From NCBI GenBank assembly GCA_964016885.1, contig OZ024740.1, positions 132,866,001-132,930,000 of the forward strand: a DNA stretch of 64,000 nucleotides, written 5' to 3'. Positions 13,880-29,039 of this stretch are shown piece after piece (position 1 is the stretch's first letter; each line of letters starts with the position of its first letter). The stretch is from Eledone cirrhosa. Its lineage: Eukaryota. A program made the translations under genes and the position numbers. The notes beneath the pieces were generated by a model, which saw only the letters and a program-made list of their open reading frames with translations, made no database searches and had not been told where the DNA came from.

Positions 13880-14701
13880 TATAAGTATGTATGTATACGT
13901 ACATACATATATGTATACAGTCGTACAGTAGTATGTATATATATATATACATACATGCACACATATATATATATATATATGTACGTATCGGTTTACCGAA
14001 TTTTTATTAGAATGCTCGGTTTGTTTGTTTGTAAACAAACAACCAGAATTACGCCGTACAGTGTTCAAGCAACCATCGTCGTCCTTTTGTTCAACACTGA
14101 CACAGGAACGATGTACTAGTTTCAAGCTCATTAGCTATCGTCAGCAACGTATACCTTTCTGCCAGATGATTGAATGTCTGAAAGTATATACTTTCCCTAT
14201 GCATATTAACGGCTGAGCAGCCTAATTTGCATATCGAGTGAGTTAGTCGGCCGGGCGCACCGAAAACGATAAATGGAAAAGAATGAAACGAAATTTCATT
14301 TCTCACTCTTAGTACGGCTGATACTTAAATATAAGTATGTATGTATACTTACATTTAAACCGATACGTACATATATATATGTCTGCATGTATGTATATAT
14401 GTACATACTACTGTACGTCTGTATACATATATGTATGTACGTATACATACATACTTACATTGGTTGCTTGAACACTGTACGGCATAATTCAGGCTGTTTC
14501 TTTACAAACAAACAAACCGAGCATTATAATAAATGTTCGGTAAACCGATACGTACATATATATATGTGTGCATGTATCTAAATATATACATACTACTGTA
14601 CGTCTGTATACATATATGTATGTACGTATACATACATACTTACATTTAAGTATCAGCCGTACTAAGACTGAGAAATGAAATTTCGTTTCATTCTTTTCCA
14701 A
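13880..14701 (-). mobile_element. Family C short element with nested inverted repeats
   Basis: 13981-14075 is the inverse of 14461-14555; 14274-14348 is the inverse of 14625-14700. Confidence 0.75.
14108..14150 (-). ncRNA. 43-nt minimal hammerhead ribozyme (family C)
   Basis: Minus strand acgttg-CTGACGA-tagc taatga gctt-GAAA-CTAG-TA-catcgt. Confidence 0.8.
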
Positions 14702-14702
14702 T

Positions 14703-14749
<47 letters not shown>

Positions 14750-14904
14750 GACGTAAAATAAAAAAATTTTAAAATTTTAAAATTTTACGTCTTTCATATA
14801 ATTGTTCCGCATCCCCCTGCATAGAACCACAAAGGTACTAAGACATAACATATATATTTGCTAGCATGGGTGTACATCTGTACACATATGTTGGTAGATG
14901 TACT

Positions 14905-14982
<78 letters not shown>

Positions 14983-14984
14983 CG

Positions 14985-15271
14985 AAGGTTGTGAGATGGG
15001 CATACTCTGACTATGAGTCTCTAAGCTGGCTGATTTGGAAGAGGTTGGGGGTGCCTCCTTGGATGCTCTCTGGCCGTCGGGTGGTTCAGGGTTGGTGGGG
15101 TTCCAGGGACGCCCACCGTTGGTTCTCATCTGTACTTGGGAATTTTTATTATTTTAAACTTTTGTTTATTTCTATTTAGTCACTCGTTTTTACTCGATTT
15201 TATTGTAAACTGACACTGTCCCCGTGTAAAGTATTGTCCCATATTTGTTGGCCCTTGTGGTCACTAATAAA
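14985..15271 (+). mobile_element. 3' end fragment of a Tx1/L1-type LINE
   Basis: gggcatactctgactatgagtct...ggcccttgtgg..aataaa resembles 47488-47515 and 53315-53590. Confidence 0.75.
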
Positions 15272-15329
15272 CTTTGTGTTTCAAAGGGCACAATATTCAC
15301 CTTTACTTTTGATTTTTTCACGCCTAGAT

Positions 15330-16480
15330 GCATTAAAAAAATAGAGAAAACACGCCACCCTTGCTTTCAGCCAGTTGGCACGTAACTGTGACACAAAGGT
15401 CTAAATCAGCGTTACCATCTCCTCAACGGTCAACGTTACCAACATTGGTTGTGTTGCCTCTACATCCACTATAGACATCAATGATGAGACCGTCTTCGAC
15501 AACAGAAACAGAGCTCGGGAAAGCATTAAACAAATTTCCCGCTACTAGAATCACCGCAGGAACAACACATGCAAATAATGACAAAAATAACAACAATAAA
15601 ACTAACTGCAACACTGCTTCATCCACTGCAACAATTCAACAACAAATATAGCAGAAGCAAAAACAAAAATAAAAGTTACATAGACAACAACGATGACAAC
15701 ATGAATATCAAAAACCACAACAACTGTTATTACAACAGTAACAACTGCAACAGCGAAAGCACAAAAAAAATGCATACCTGAGTGTGACCCATCGCAAAAC
15801 AACAAACAAGGAACCCTCGATATCAACCTTTTTTTGTTGTTTGTTTATTTGCAGGTGCCACAAAAAGTTCGGAAACCATAATGATAACGAGGATGACGTA
15901 ATGTCAGACAATTTGAAATGTCTGACAGGTAGCAACTGAATTTCCTCAACGTACCAATGTGGACATGGACAAACCGCATTTTGTAGGGAAATTGATAAGG
16001 CTAGTATAAGCCGAGCACAATTCAAAGTAGTTGACTACACAGACCGCAAAATTGTGATCTGTACAGTCGATTTAGTATGGCTTCATAGACAGGAGCCCGG
16101 TCACTGGAAACTGAACAAGTCCTTTCCGGCTCACAAAAGCTACAGAAACCGGATTAGTGAATTAGTTAAGCGAGGGTTGACAAGTGTAATTGTCAACAAC
16201 AAATGATAGTTAACCCTGAAATGAGCGATTAGCGTAGAATCGATAACGTTTAGTAAAGGAAAAGTGATAGTGAAAAGTTGAGTGGAGGGTGGGGTACTTA
16301 GAATTCTAGAAGAGATTTTTATGAAAGGCAACTTGACGTGGTTGCGGTGAGATTGGCTCTCTCAACTCAAAGCTCGAAGGCTGTCTTATCAGAGCTAGCC
16401 TAACTGCTGTTATACACGTGGCTACGAAAGCCGTTCAATGCGCCCGAGTATCGGAGGCGGGTGATGGCAACAAACCAATA
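15330..16480 (+). mobile_element. Degraded, internally deleted Tx1-type LINE (ORF1-like start plus APE region)
   Basis: 15918-16480 aligns by eye to 44670-45260 (LSDRY, WTWTNR, YTDHK, GPGYWKLN remnants). Confidence 0.75.
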
Positions 16481-17139
16481 ATTGTACGCCAACACACACA
16501 TACACACACCCTACAGGTCAAGCTTTGTCAATCCCTTCAGTGTTCAGCAGACAAACGTATTTACCACAACACATAGAAAACAGAACAAGAGCCCATCGTC
16601 ATGTTATGGTCTGATGCATGTACCGACAAACATAAACACTAAGCTTTGTGTAAATAAACACACGTGCACTTGCACACATTTAGTCTATTTTTCTTCCTTT
16701 CATATTCTGGATAAATATTTTCCATTTCCTCTTCTCTATAATTCGATCTTCAGTCGAAGATCTAAAGTTCAAATCGTCACGAATCTTTGCCTGCTTTATC
16801 ACGGGTTGAGATAATATATATTATAGCTATATTGTACAGTTCTTCTTTGTTGTTTTTCCTATGTGACTTTCCTCATACAATTACTACACGAGTGACTGGT
16901 GCGAATAAGACGAATAAATCTCCAGTATGGTGAAAGATATTAAAAAGAACCATACCGGGTGGATTAATAAGGGATAGTTCAGGCCTTAGGAAGAGAGGCA
17001 TGTTCGAAAAATATATTGCAGTCTACATCTCATGCAGTAGAAAATGATAATGGGCCTGCGACCTGCTTTGTGAATTTTGTGATGGATGCCCAAACATCGC
17101 GTATCCTTAGGCACCTAAGAGAGGTCGGAATCAAGCAAA

Positions 17140-19100
17140 TCTTGACAAATGGGACCTGGAACATCAAACCCGTTACAGGTAAATAGCTTGAACAGGTGGA
17201 GGCTAGATGCTACCGGTTAGATATAGACAGAATTTCCTAAAGAAAGTTCCTTGGCTCTGGTACTGTACATTGTGATGGGGGATGGAAATTCCACTATTCA
17301 GGTGTGGCGCTAGAAATATCTGCACATGTGGGAGTGGGGATACTCAAAAGGCCGTGGCTGTCAGACTGTGTTATTGACTGGATACCCTTATGACAGAGCA
17401 TTTGCCTCATGAAGCTGAAAGATTGGTCTCTGCACGTGGTGCACATTTATGCCCCAAACAAAGAGTCACACTAGCGTTAGATATACTTACAACAGAGTCA
17501 TATATCGTAATGGGTGATTTCAATGCCCATGTGGGCACTGATCACTTGACATCGAAACGAGTAATCGGAAATAAGGGTGATCCAGATTTAAATACGAATG
17601 GAGAGGCCTTATGAGACTTCTTTTCTAGCAATGGCCTCTATTATGAACACATTCCAGCCCAGAGACATCCATCAATATACATGGTACAATAAGGAGAAGG
17701 GAAATAAATCAATAATGGATTAACTTATTGTATCTGATCTATTCTAATCTGTGCTTCATGTCCGTGTTATCTGTAATATGAGATTAACTAATGCCAAAGA
17801 AGCCCACAAACCTATCATGTACGAGTTGATATACAAGATAAAGTGGGAGACGTTCGTGGATAAGGATGTCAGGAACATTTATGCAGATACTATTTTATGA
17901 AAATTCAGATAAATGTCTAAGCAAACTGACGACGTTAAAATGCAATGGAGATTGCTCTGCTCCGCAGTTTCTGATTCAACATTTATATGCTGCGTGCGAA
18001 AGTGGTTTGGTGTGGAGCTGGATGGAAGAAAGAACCCTTGGTTAAATCAAGAGGTCAAATATGCCACCCTAACAAAGAAGACCTACAACCGTGGCTTGTA
18101 AACAGTTCCTCCTTCTTGCACTTGCGGTACAAGCAGATATGAATAATCAATACAGCAATTAAAGAGCTGAAATGAAGCAAGACTGCCAGGTAGGGTGAAA
18201 TTTGTAGATGTTAAAAGCCTTAAATAGGCTGACACGTGTGGCCTGGATCTCTAGAAAAGCACCGAAGCAATGACAATTGGGAGTGATAATCTCAATTTTC
18301 AAAATAGAGACCTGAGTGTTTGCCACCGTTATTGAAGGATTTACTTATTAAGCATCCCTCATAACTTTTATGCTAAACGCCTCGCACTAAGATGTAGGGC
18401 GATTGTGAAGTCCAAGTTAGCTGATGACCAGTGTTGTTTTCGCAGCACAACCGACCAATGATCACACTGCGGCAAGTACATGCGAAATCGTGTTAGTACG
18501 TCAAAGAGGTGTATTCCCGTTTTCTCGAACTCTAAATCTCATAAGATCCCCTTCCACGGAACATGCTCTGTAGGATTCTGTAGGAGGATGAGATCGGTGG
18601 TCAGCTTCTTTTTGCCCTGATGTCTCTAAACAAATACCCGAGTATTTGTGTTCAGTGAATGATGCTAAATCGAAAATATTCAATATTGTAGTCAGAATTC
18701 GAGAAGGATGTCTATTGTTACCTCTCTTGTTCATTATTTTCATGAACACGATTGAGATACCAGCCGAATTGGGAGTAGTATCGCATCTGGTAGCTGTAGG
18801 ATCAATCGGCTGGAATTAGCAGACGGCATGTTATTAATTAACTCATCAGGTGATTTCTGACTTGCACTTGACAAGTTTGATGCCGAGTTCTGCAAGAATT
18901 GAATGAATTCATCCTCTCACGTAAGCCTGCGGAGGTGAAGAAGTGTCCCAGGATCGTATTTATGAGTGATGGAATGGAGGAAGCTAAAATAAGTACAACA
19001 ATTGCAGGAGCTGGTGAAGTAATGTGCTAGCTTCAGCCCTCTTTAATCAGAACAAGTGAGGTAGGTGTAAAACCCAAACTCACTATCATTAATTCTAGAT
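17140..19100 (+). mobile_element. Highly degraded RTE-clade LINE (APE + RT)
   Basis: Remnants GTWNI, VGVGIL, IVMGDFNAHVG, RSTTDQ..TLRQ, IREGCLLLPLLFIIFM with many stops and frameshifts. Confidence 0.75.
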
Positions 19101-20252
19101 CCCTGGCAAGATTTTGGATAACATCAAAAATGTGGCTAATCAGACCACGTACACAGGCGAAAAAAAATTCATATATTTGCCTGCTTCAAGTTCCAGCAGA
19201 GAGAAAGTGGAAAAACTGTCCTCTTGAGAGCCAGACCTCGAAATGCATAGGCTGTTATATTAAGCGCATATTTTGGAAGTGTGTCTGATCTATTGTAATT
19301 AATTTGAACTCCCCGGATCAATTGAAATAATATTTAATCTCTGTAATTACGCATAGATCTATTCGAATGTTATAGATTTTAAAATGACTGGGAAGATTAA
19401 CGTTTTACACAATTTATAACACTAATATCGGAAGGATGGCCTCTGCGTGACAATTGTAATTTTGTAAATTTCATACATTAATATACACTTAATGATACAG
19501 GTTTCAACTTGATTAACCAATTTTATTTCCAAATGTTTTCAACAAAACTATTAATCTGATCTACTTTCTTTTAATATGCGGCACCCTCTGATAAGTGACG
19601 TTTAATACAATATTTGCGTTTATAGAATATTAACAATATAACACTTAATGATCCTAAGCAAGGTTGAAAATCGGAACATGTATTGCTTTTACTACGGCTA
19701 ATAGAACGAATATTTATCATAACATATTTGAATAAAATCAGATATGGAGAAAGATGCACCGAACTGCGTGTAGAATGCTGTCCATCGCAAGGGGATATAT
19801 TCCCAATTTTATTAGAAAGTTTGATACATATTTTGTGTTGCATTAGCCTCAGAAGAAAACATATATACTCTTAAATTAATGATCATGTATGAAACTTGCT
19901 TATTGGCAGTGCTTAGGAAACGAATAACGTCCTGGAGGCTGGGTATGTAAAAGGGAGGATGATAAGTACACACTTATTTTAATATCGTTTAACGAATGAT
20001 TCTTTGGTTTTTTCCATTTGTTGATATTAAATGTCAAAGAGGAATTCCAGTGAACTTCATCATAAAAAAAGAGTACTTACATTGATGAATATTTTATATA
20101 TTTCAGAAATATGTTATGTATATGCCATGTGCGTAGGATGTATAGCACTTGAGGCTTTTTCTTACGTACTTGAATATTGGAAAACAAATCCCTGTTGCAT
20201 GTGTTTGTATGGTAGCAAGAGAGATATATCTGCTTTTATTTATATATATATA

Positions 20253-20297
<45 letters not shown>

Positions 20298-20545
20298 AGT
20301 GTGTGTGTGCGTGTGTGTGTGTGTGAGCGAATGTGTGTGTGTCTGACAATATACGTCATGATGTGGTAGGTAAGTATACTTTGTTTTACCATTATATTCG
20401 GTAGAGGAATGTACACTTTATCAGTAAGCTTGTGCATGTACGTATATTTCTTTATGTATGTATATATGCATGTTTGTGTGTATATATATATATATATATA
20501 GATACAATATTAAATAAATGGAAACTATATTTATAAAACCATATT

Positions 20546-20612
20546 TATTTCATTATATATATTTCAGGGATATCATATTAACAATATGCTATGCCTTCCT
20601 CAGACAAAAATA
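20546..20612 (-). ncRNA. Type I hammerhead ribozyme (family A2, inverted arm)
   Basis: Reverse complement of 23403-23468. Confidence 0.78.
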
Positions 20613-21230
20613 CAATATAAACAGTTTTATAGATAAATAGATTCGACATACCGTAACAACATCTACTTGCATTTGAGAAGGTTGATTTGGTAGTGACAAA
20701 ATTGTACACAGAGAGAAAGAAAGAGAGAGAGAAAAAGAAAAAGAGAGAAAAAAGGAAAGAAAGACAGAAAACGAAGAAAAAGAAAAAGAAGAAATGCATG
20801 GAACAAAATAGAGAGATGGAAAGATAGATAAAGAGAAGAACTTCATGTAAAGAAACAGAAAGAGATATATATATAGAGAGAGAGAGGAAATAGAGATAGA
20901 TACATATATATAGAAAGCTAGGTAGTGGGACGTCTGTTGAATAACGTATTAATGATACATTTATTTATTTATTTATTTATTTAGCTCTAGTATTAATGTA
21001 AGGGAGATATATGGAGGGAAAACCAGCTGTTATATAGGGAGAGAAAAAAATATAGAGAGAGAAAAAAAAGAGAGAGAAAAATTCAAAAATATCCAGACAC
21101 AGGCGAGGCGTAAAAACCTCTGTTTTAATGTAGAGGTATTAATATTTACAAAACCAGCCTCTACATTGTAAATATCAGTATTCCTGAATGAGATATGTAT
21201 CCACAATGTGTGAGAATTAATGATCTTATG

Positions 21231-22057
21231 TTTAGAGCAGGATATGCTGATAAGATTGTGTACATAGATAATGATAGACAAACTAAACAAAGTAACAACT
21301 TTTTTAATTACGGCAACATCCTTAACAACTATAATAGAAAGCATTACAATAATTCCAAAGGCCAAAAAAGAAATAGAACTAGGAACATAATTTGGTTTGC
21401 CCCCCCCCCCCTTTCTCACTAAACATTAAAACCCACATCGCTAAACTATTTTTTAAAGCTCTTGATAATCGCTTCCCTAGAACACATAGATATCACTCAA
21501 TTTTCAATAGACATACAATTAAATTAACCTACTCATCCACCAAAAATTTAGCACAAAATATCAATAGAATAAATAATAGGAACTTAAAACCTAGTGATAA
21601 CAGCATAAATAATATACAAGTTAACAAATGTAACTGTAGAGATAGATCTAAATGTCCGTTAAATAACAACTGCTTAGTTAAAAATATAGTATACAATTGT
21701 AATGTTAATACTGACTCTAATTCTTTTAACTACGTCGGTTCCACATCGACGGAATTTAAACTTCGCTATAATAACCACAAGAATTCTTTCACAGATCCAA
21801 GTAAAAAATCTTCAACGGCACTATCAGGCGTACTATGGCAACTTAAGCTAGATAACGTTAGATATTCGACGGCTTGGAATATAGTCTCAAGAGGGATTCC
21901 TTTTAATTCATCCTCTGAGACATGTGACCTCTGCGCAGAGGAGATATTCTTTATACTAAAATCTAAAAATTCCCTTAATCTACGGACAAATTTATTCAGT
22001 TGTTGCAAACATAGATTAAACTCAACGTTTAAATATAAGTTTAAATTTAAAATGTAG
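21231..22057 (+). pseudogene. PLE linker + GIY-YIG endonuclease, frameshift in poly-C near 21410
   Basis: RNRTRNIIWFAPPFS, CNCRDRSKCPLNNNCL, NIVYNC..YVGSTSTEFKLRYNNH, CDLCAEE, CKH. Confidence 0.92.
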
Positions 22058-23402
22058 TATATTTAGTTTGATTTATAATTATATGGGAAACTAGCTGATA
22101 AATCTTTGATTCTCTTTTTATTCTTTTTATTTTTATTTTATTTATTTTTATTTAAACATTCTTCATGAAAAATTAAGCTACCCTAAAAGTTGATGCTCCA
22201 AATATTTCGAATAAACGTTACACTAGATAAACTTCTATATTAAATATAAGAACACATGTAGACCAAATTGGGCATCCTATACTTTTTGAAATGATCTTTG
22301 CTGGATGCAATTTGATAGATAATTTTTGGCTTTATCTGTTTTTCGACTCTGATGTTTATAATGAACTTGGCAATATATTGTCAATTAATTTTGAAGGGTT
22401 GATCTTTGTGGTTCATTTTATTTTTATTATTGTAGTATTTCCTAATATTTTTATTTTTAAGATTTTTAATATGTAAATTTTTTAATGTGTAATAGTTTTA
22501 ATATGTAATATTCTTTCGTAATATTTCTTAGTTTTCTATTTTATTATTACTTATTATTATTATTGTTATTTTAGTTTTGTTTCCGATATATTTTTATTTT
22601 TATTAGTATATTGAAATCTGCTCTATTCTTGCTTGATAGATAATCTTGTAGAGTAGAGACAGAAATAGTAATATTGACTCTATATACACATATATGTATA
22701 CTTAAATGTTTATACCGCATTGAGAATACTTTCCGGGAACTTAGGGTTTGCAGAATTGATCATGTACATTCACATAAACTAAACATAAGATCATTAATTC
22801 TCACACATTGTGGATACATATCTCATTCAGGAATACTGATATTTACAATGTAGAGGCTGGTTTTGTAAATACTAATACCTCTACATTAAAACAGAGGTTT
22901 TTACGCCTCGCCTGTGTCTGGATATTTTTGAATTTTTCTCTCTCTTTTTTTTTCTCTCTCTATATTTTTTTCTCTCCCTATATAACAGCTGGTTTTCCCT
23001 CCATATATCTCCCTTACATTAATACTAGAGCTAAATAAATAAATAAATAAATAAATGTATCATTGATACGTTATTCAACAGACGTCCCACTACCTAGCTT
23101 TCTATATATATGTATCTATCTCTATTTCCTCACTCTATATATATATATCTCTCTTTCTGTTTCTTTACATGAAGTTCTTCTCTTTATCTATCTTTCCATC
23201 TCTCTATTTTGTTCCATGCATTTCTTCTTTTTCTTTTTCTTCGTTTTCTGTCTTTCTTTCCTTTTTTCTCTCTTTTTCTTTTTCTCTCTCTCTTTCTTTC
23301 TCTCTGTGTACAATTTTGTCACTACCAAATCAACCTTCTCAAATGCAAGTAGATGTTGTTACGGTATGTCGAATCTATTTATCTATAAAACTGTTTATAT
23401 TG

Positions 23403-23468
23403 TATTTTGTCTGAGGAAGGCATAGCATATTGTTAATATGATATCCCTGAAATATATATAATGAAATA
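23403..23468 (+). ncRNA. Type I hammerhead ribozyme (family A2)
   Basis: tattttgt-CTGAGGA-aggcatagcatatt gtt aatatgatatccct-GAAA-T-ATAT-A-TA-atgaaata. Confidence 0.8.
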
Positions 23469-23725
23469 AATATGGTTTTATAAATATAGTTTCCATTTAT
23501 TTAATATTGTAAATATACTCCAAATATTTGTCGAGTGCTTTTTACTAGTTGTAACCCAACAATTTAAATATAACTTTCCATATATATATAGATAGATAGT
23601 TTAGCAGAGTTTAGCTTTAAACTATCTCTGTTATTGTATTAAATATATAGATAGATATGTATGTAATGTGTATGTGTGTATGTATGTAATGTGTATGTGT
23701 GTATGTATGTATGTGTATGTATGTA

Positions 23726-23791
<66 letters not shown>

Positions 23792-24031
23792 TATAAATAC
23801 GTGTATATATGTATGTGTGTATATGTATGTGTGTGTATCTAAATGTATGTGTGTGTGTGTATGTCCATGGATCTCGCGAATTTTATCCGCCCTAGATAGA
23901 TATATATATATAAATTCATAGGGATATATGTATATATTTAGACATGTCAGGGATACATATATGAGTGTGGCTACCTTTCACGGTGTGGCTCAATGAAAGA
24001 ATTAATAAAGAAAGTAATTATTAATCCGAGC

Positions 24032-24146
24032 TATATATAAAATTGCAAGTTTGAAGAATTATTAGATAGAATATATACTGTCTAGGGAGAGGAAAGACTG
24101 TATATATTTTATCTAATAATTCTTCAAACTTGCAATTTTATATATA
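24032..24146. repeat. Near-perfect hairpin, 52 bp arms, 11 nt loop
   Basis: 24032-24083 is the inverse of 24095-24146. Confidence 0.9.
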
Positions 24147-24159
24147 ATTATACACATAT

Positions 24160-26493
<2,334 letters not shown>

Positions 26494-26610
26494 GTATACA
26501 CAGTTCAAGAGTAAACCAATCTTAAAGAGAGAGATGGAGATAGGAGAGGAGAAGAGAGAATGTCTTGCTTGTGAAATTTGTGGTCTTGTTTTGCTTAGCT
26601 AATGAATATA

Positions 26611-26666
<56 letters not shown>

Positions 26667-26746
26667 GAGAGAGAGAGAGAGAGAGAGAGGGCGATGAATT
26701 TGTTTTGCGAGGTTTTCGATATGAAGTCGTGTGTCGAAACAAATAT

Positions 26747-27010
26747 TGTTATACTTGTGGAGGGTCATATTTGTGTAATATTAATAACAGAATTAATAAC
26801 AGAACACACTCACTGTTTGGTTAGTTTTCGCTTCTGTGTATTTTATATCGGTTAATTTAATTTATTCGGTCCTCAATGTTACCATTGACTGACCAACGGT
26901 CAAAAATACAGATACAATATAGATACAAACACATATATATTGTCTAACAAAGTTCTGTTATTAATTCTGGCAATATTATTACACAAATATGACCCTCCCC
27001 AAGTATAACG
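26747..27010. mobile_element. MITE with TGTTATAC termini and ATAT flanks (Ginger-like)
   Basis: About 60 bp TIRs tgttatacttgtggagggtcatatttgtgtaata / tattacacaaatatgaccctccccaagtataacg. Confidence 0.8.
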
Positions 27011-27038
27011 ATATATATATATATGTATGTATAAATAC

Positions 27039-27089
<51 letters not shown>

Positions 27090-27111
27090 ATACTTTGGGA
27101 GGGTCATGTTG

Positions 27112-27157
<46 letters not shown>

Positions 27158-27167
27158 AACGAGTAGG

Positions 27168-27263
27168 ACTCCGACGGCTGAGCTCAAGCCGTTTCGATGG
27201 CTAATTCGGGACTAAATGAAAATGTTTATCCTGGTATATGAATAGCCGAGCTTCTCAGGGGGT
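27168..27263 (-). ncRNA. Hammerhead-like motif with non-canonical core CUGAGAA (family E)
   Basis: Inverse of 28451-28546. Confidence 0.6.
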
Positions 27264-28450
27264 AATTCCATATATGGTAAAAGTTATTGTCACAAGGATT
27301 GGTCAAAAGTTTGTTGTTGAGACACATAATTCTATCATGGCAATTTGTGGAGGGAAGGGGTAGCTGAACTTGCCAGTAGAAGAAAGAGGGAGAGGGAGTG
27401 AAGGAAATCCAACCGTGCGTTGATAGGGCCAACTACAGCAGAATCCTAAGGATAAGAGGTCAAGAGAAGTATACTAGGGAAGGGGAGGGGGAGGAGATCG
27501 AAACAATAAGTAAAACAATATGGGGTAAATAAATAGAAAAATACCGAGAATGTTAAAATAAAACAATTAAATGTAAAAGAAACAAAACTTCTCTTGACCT
27601 CTGGTTACTATAACCTATGGACAGCTGTCAATTCTCTCACTGGTACTGCTAGACTAAAGAAAGGTTTACGTACATCAGTATTTATTTGGGGGGGGGGGGG
27701 GATTCTGAATTAATTTTCCGTATTAAATTTGTTCATATAGTTCGTACGAGCCTTTATGTAGGTTGCACTAGAATTTGTGTATCGTGGCGGCACCCTTAGA
27801 GATAGTATAGGTATTCTTTTTCGGGATTCTGATTTATTATTTCGTATTAGATTTTTTTTTTTTTTTTTGCACTCGGTGGTTGCTGGCCTTGTGCCTGGGG
27901 TAGAAACCTTTATTTCGTATTGGTCTCGGGACTCTGAATTATTATTTCGTGGTAGTTTCTTTAGTATTTTGGCCCCCACTTGTTGACCCGTCACCGTAAG
28001 ATATACTCCGTTGATTACTTATACCTCTTATAAGGGCCTCATTATAATTCTGTTCCACGTAGTAAACCTTTTTTTAGTCTAGCAGTACCAGTGAGAGAAT
28101 TGACAGCTGTCCTTAGGTTATACTAACCAGAAATTGTTTTTTTTTTTTACATTTAATTGTTTTTTTTTAACATTCTCGGTATTTTTCTATTTATTTAACC
28201 CATATTGTTTTACTTATTGTTTCGACCTCCTCCCCCTCCCCTTCCCTAGTATACTTCTCTTATCCTTAGGATTCTGCTGTAGTTGGCACTATCAGGGCAC
28301 GATTGGGTTTCCTTCACTCCCTCTCCCTCTTTCTTCTACTGGCAAGTTCAGCTACCCTTCCCTCCATAAATTGCCATGATAGAATTATGTGTCTCAGCAA
28401 CAAACTTTTGACCAATCCTTGTGACAATAACTTTTACCATATATGGAATT

Positions 28451-28546
28451 ACCCCCTGAGAAGCTCGGCTATTCATATACCGGGATAAAAATGTTCATTT
28501 AGTCCAGAATTAGCCGTCGAAACGGCATGAGCTCAGCCGTCGGGGT
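28451..28546 (+). ncRNA. Hammerhead-like motif with non-canonical core CUGAGAA (family E)
   Basis: acccc-CTGAGAA-gct cggcta..tagccg tc-GAAA-cggc atgagctca gccg-TC-ggggt. Confidence 0.65.
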
Positions 28547-28621
28547 CCTACTCGTTCCTATTACCAACTCTACTACCCTAAATATTGAGTACTTACCTGG
28601 TTCCTTACCACATTTCCTTCG

Positions 28622-28659
<38 letters not shown>

Positions 28660-28663
<4 letters not shown>

Positions 28664-28950
28664 AGAAAAAGATGAAATCGAAAATGCAACTGGAGTCTTA
28701 TTTTAAAAATATATATATATTTATTTGGTTCCTTTACCGGTTTCGCAGTTCTTCTGCTTTTCAAAAGTAGAGTTGAGATGGAGGGTCTGTGGTTTTTCTC
28801 ACATTTCAGGAACCAAATAAATATATATATATTTTAAAAAATAAGACTCCAGTTGCATTTTCGATTTCATCTTTTTTTCTTTATACTTTCACTCATGTAG
28901 GACACCTCGGTTATTTTTCATTTTTTGTTTGTAAATTCACTTTCTAATAT
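28660..28950. repeat. Family D pseudo-LTR with fold-back
   Basis: 28660-28733 is the inverse of 28808-28883; homologous to 4262-4473. Confidence 0.85.
28732..28767 (-). ncRNA. Minimal hammerhead ribozyme, U3-A8 variant (family D)
   Basis: Minus strand ctt-TTGAAAA-gcag aagaa ctgc-GAAA-CCGG-TA-aag. Confidence 0.7.
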
Positions 28951-29039
28951 ATATATATATATATATATTTATATTCATGTAGATATAGATATATATATAT
29001 ATATGTGTTTGTTCATGTTTGTGTATATGTGTATATGTG

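Larger units (their letters stand above)
20503..23511 (+). mobile_element. PLE family A2, 5'-truncated, with a 730 bp inverted pseudo-LTR
   Basis: Arms 20503-21235 and 22779-23511 are near-identical inverted repeats enclosing the GIY-YIG coding region. Confidence 0.9.
27155..28561. mobile_element. Family E element with about 500 bp inverted arms, each ending in an HHR-like motif
   Basis: 27155-27670 is the inverse of 28063-28561. Confidence 0.85.

Noticed and set aside
14741-14800. Small hairpin tatatgaaagacgtaaaat / attttacgtctttcatata
   Set aside because: Real but short and AT-rich, with no family or motif assignable
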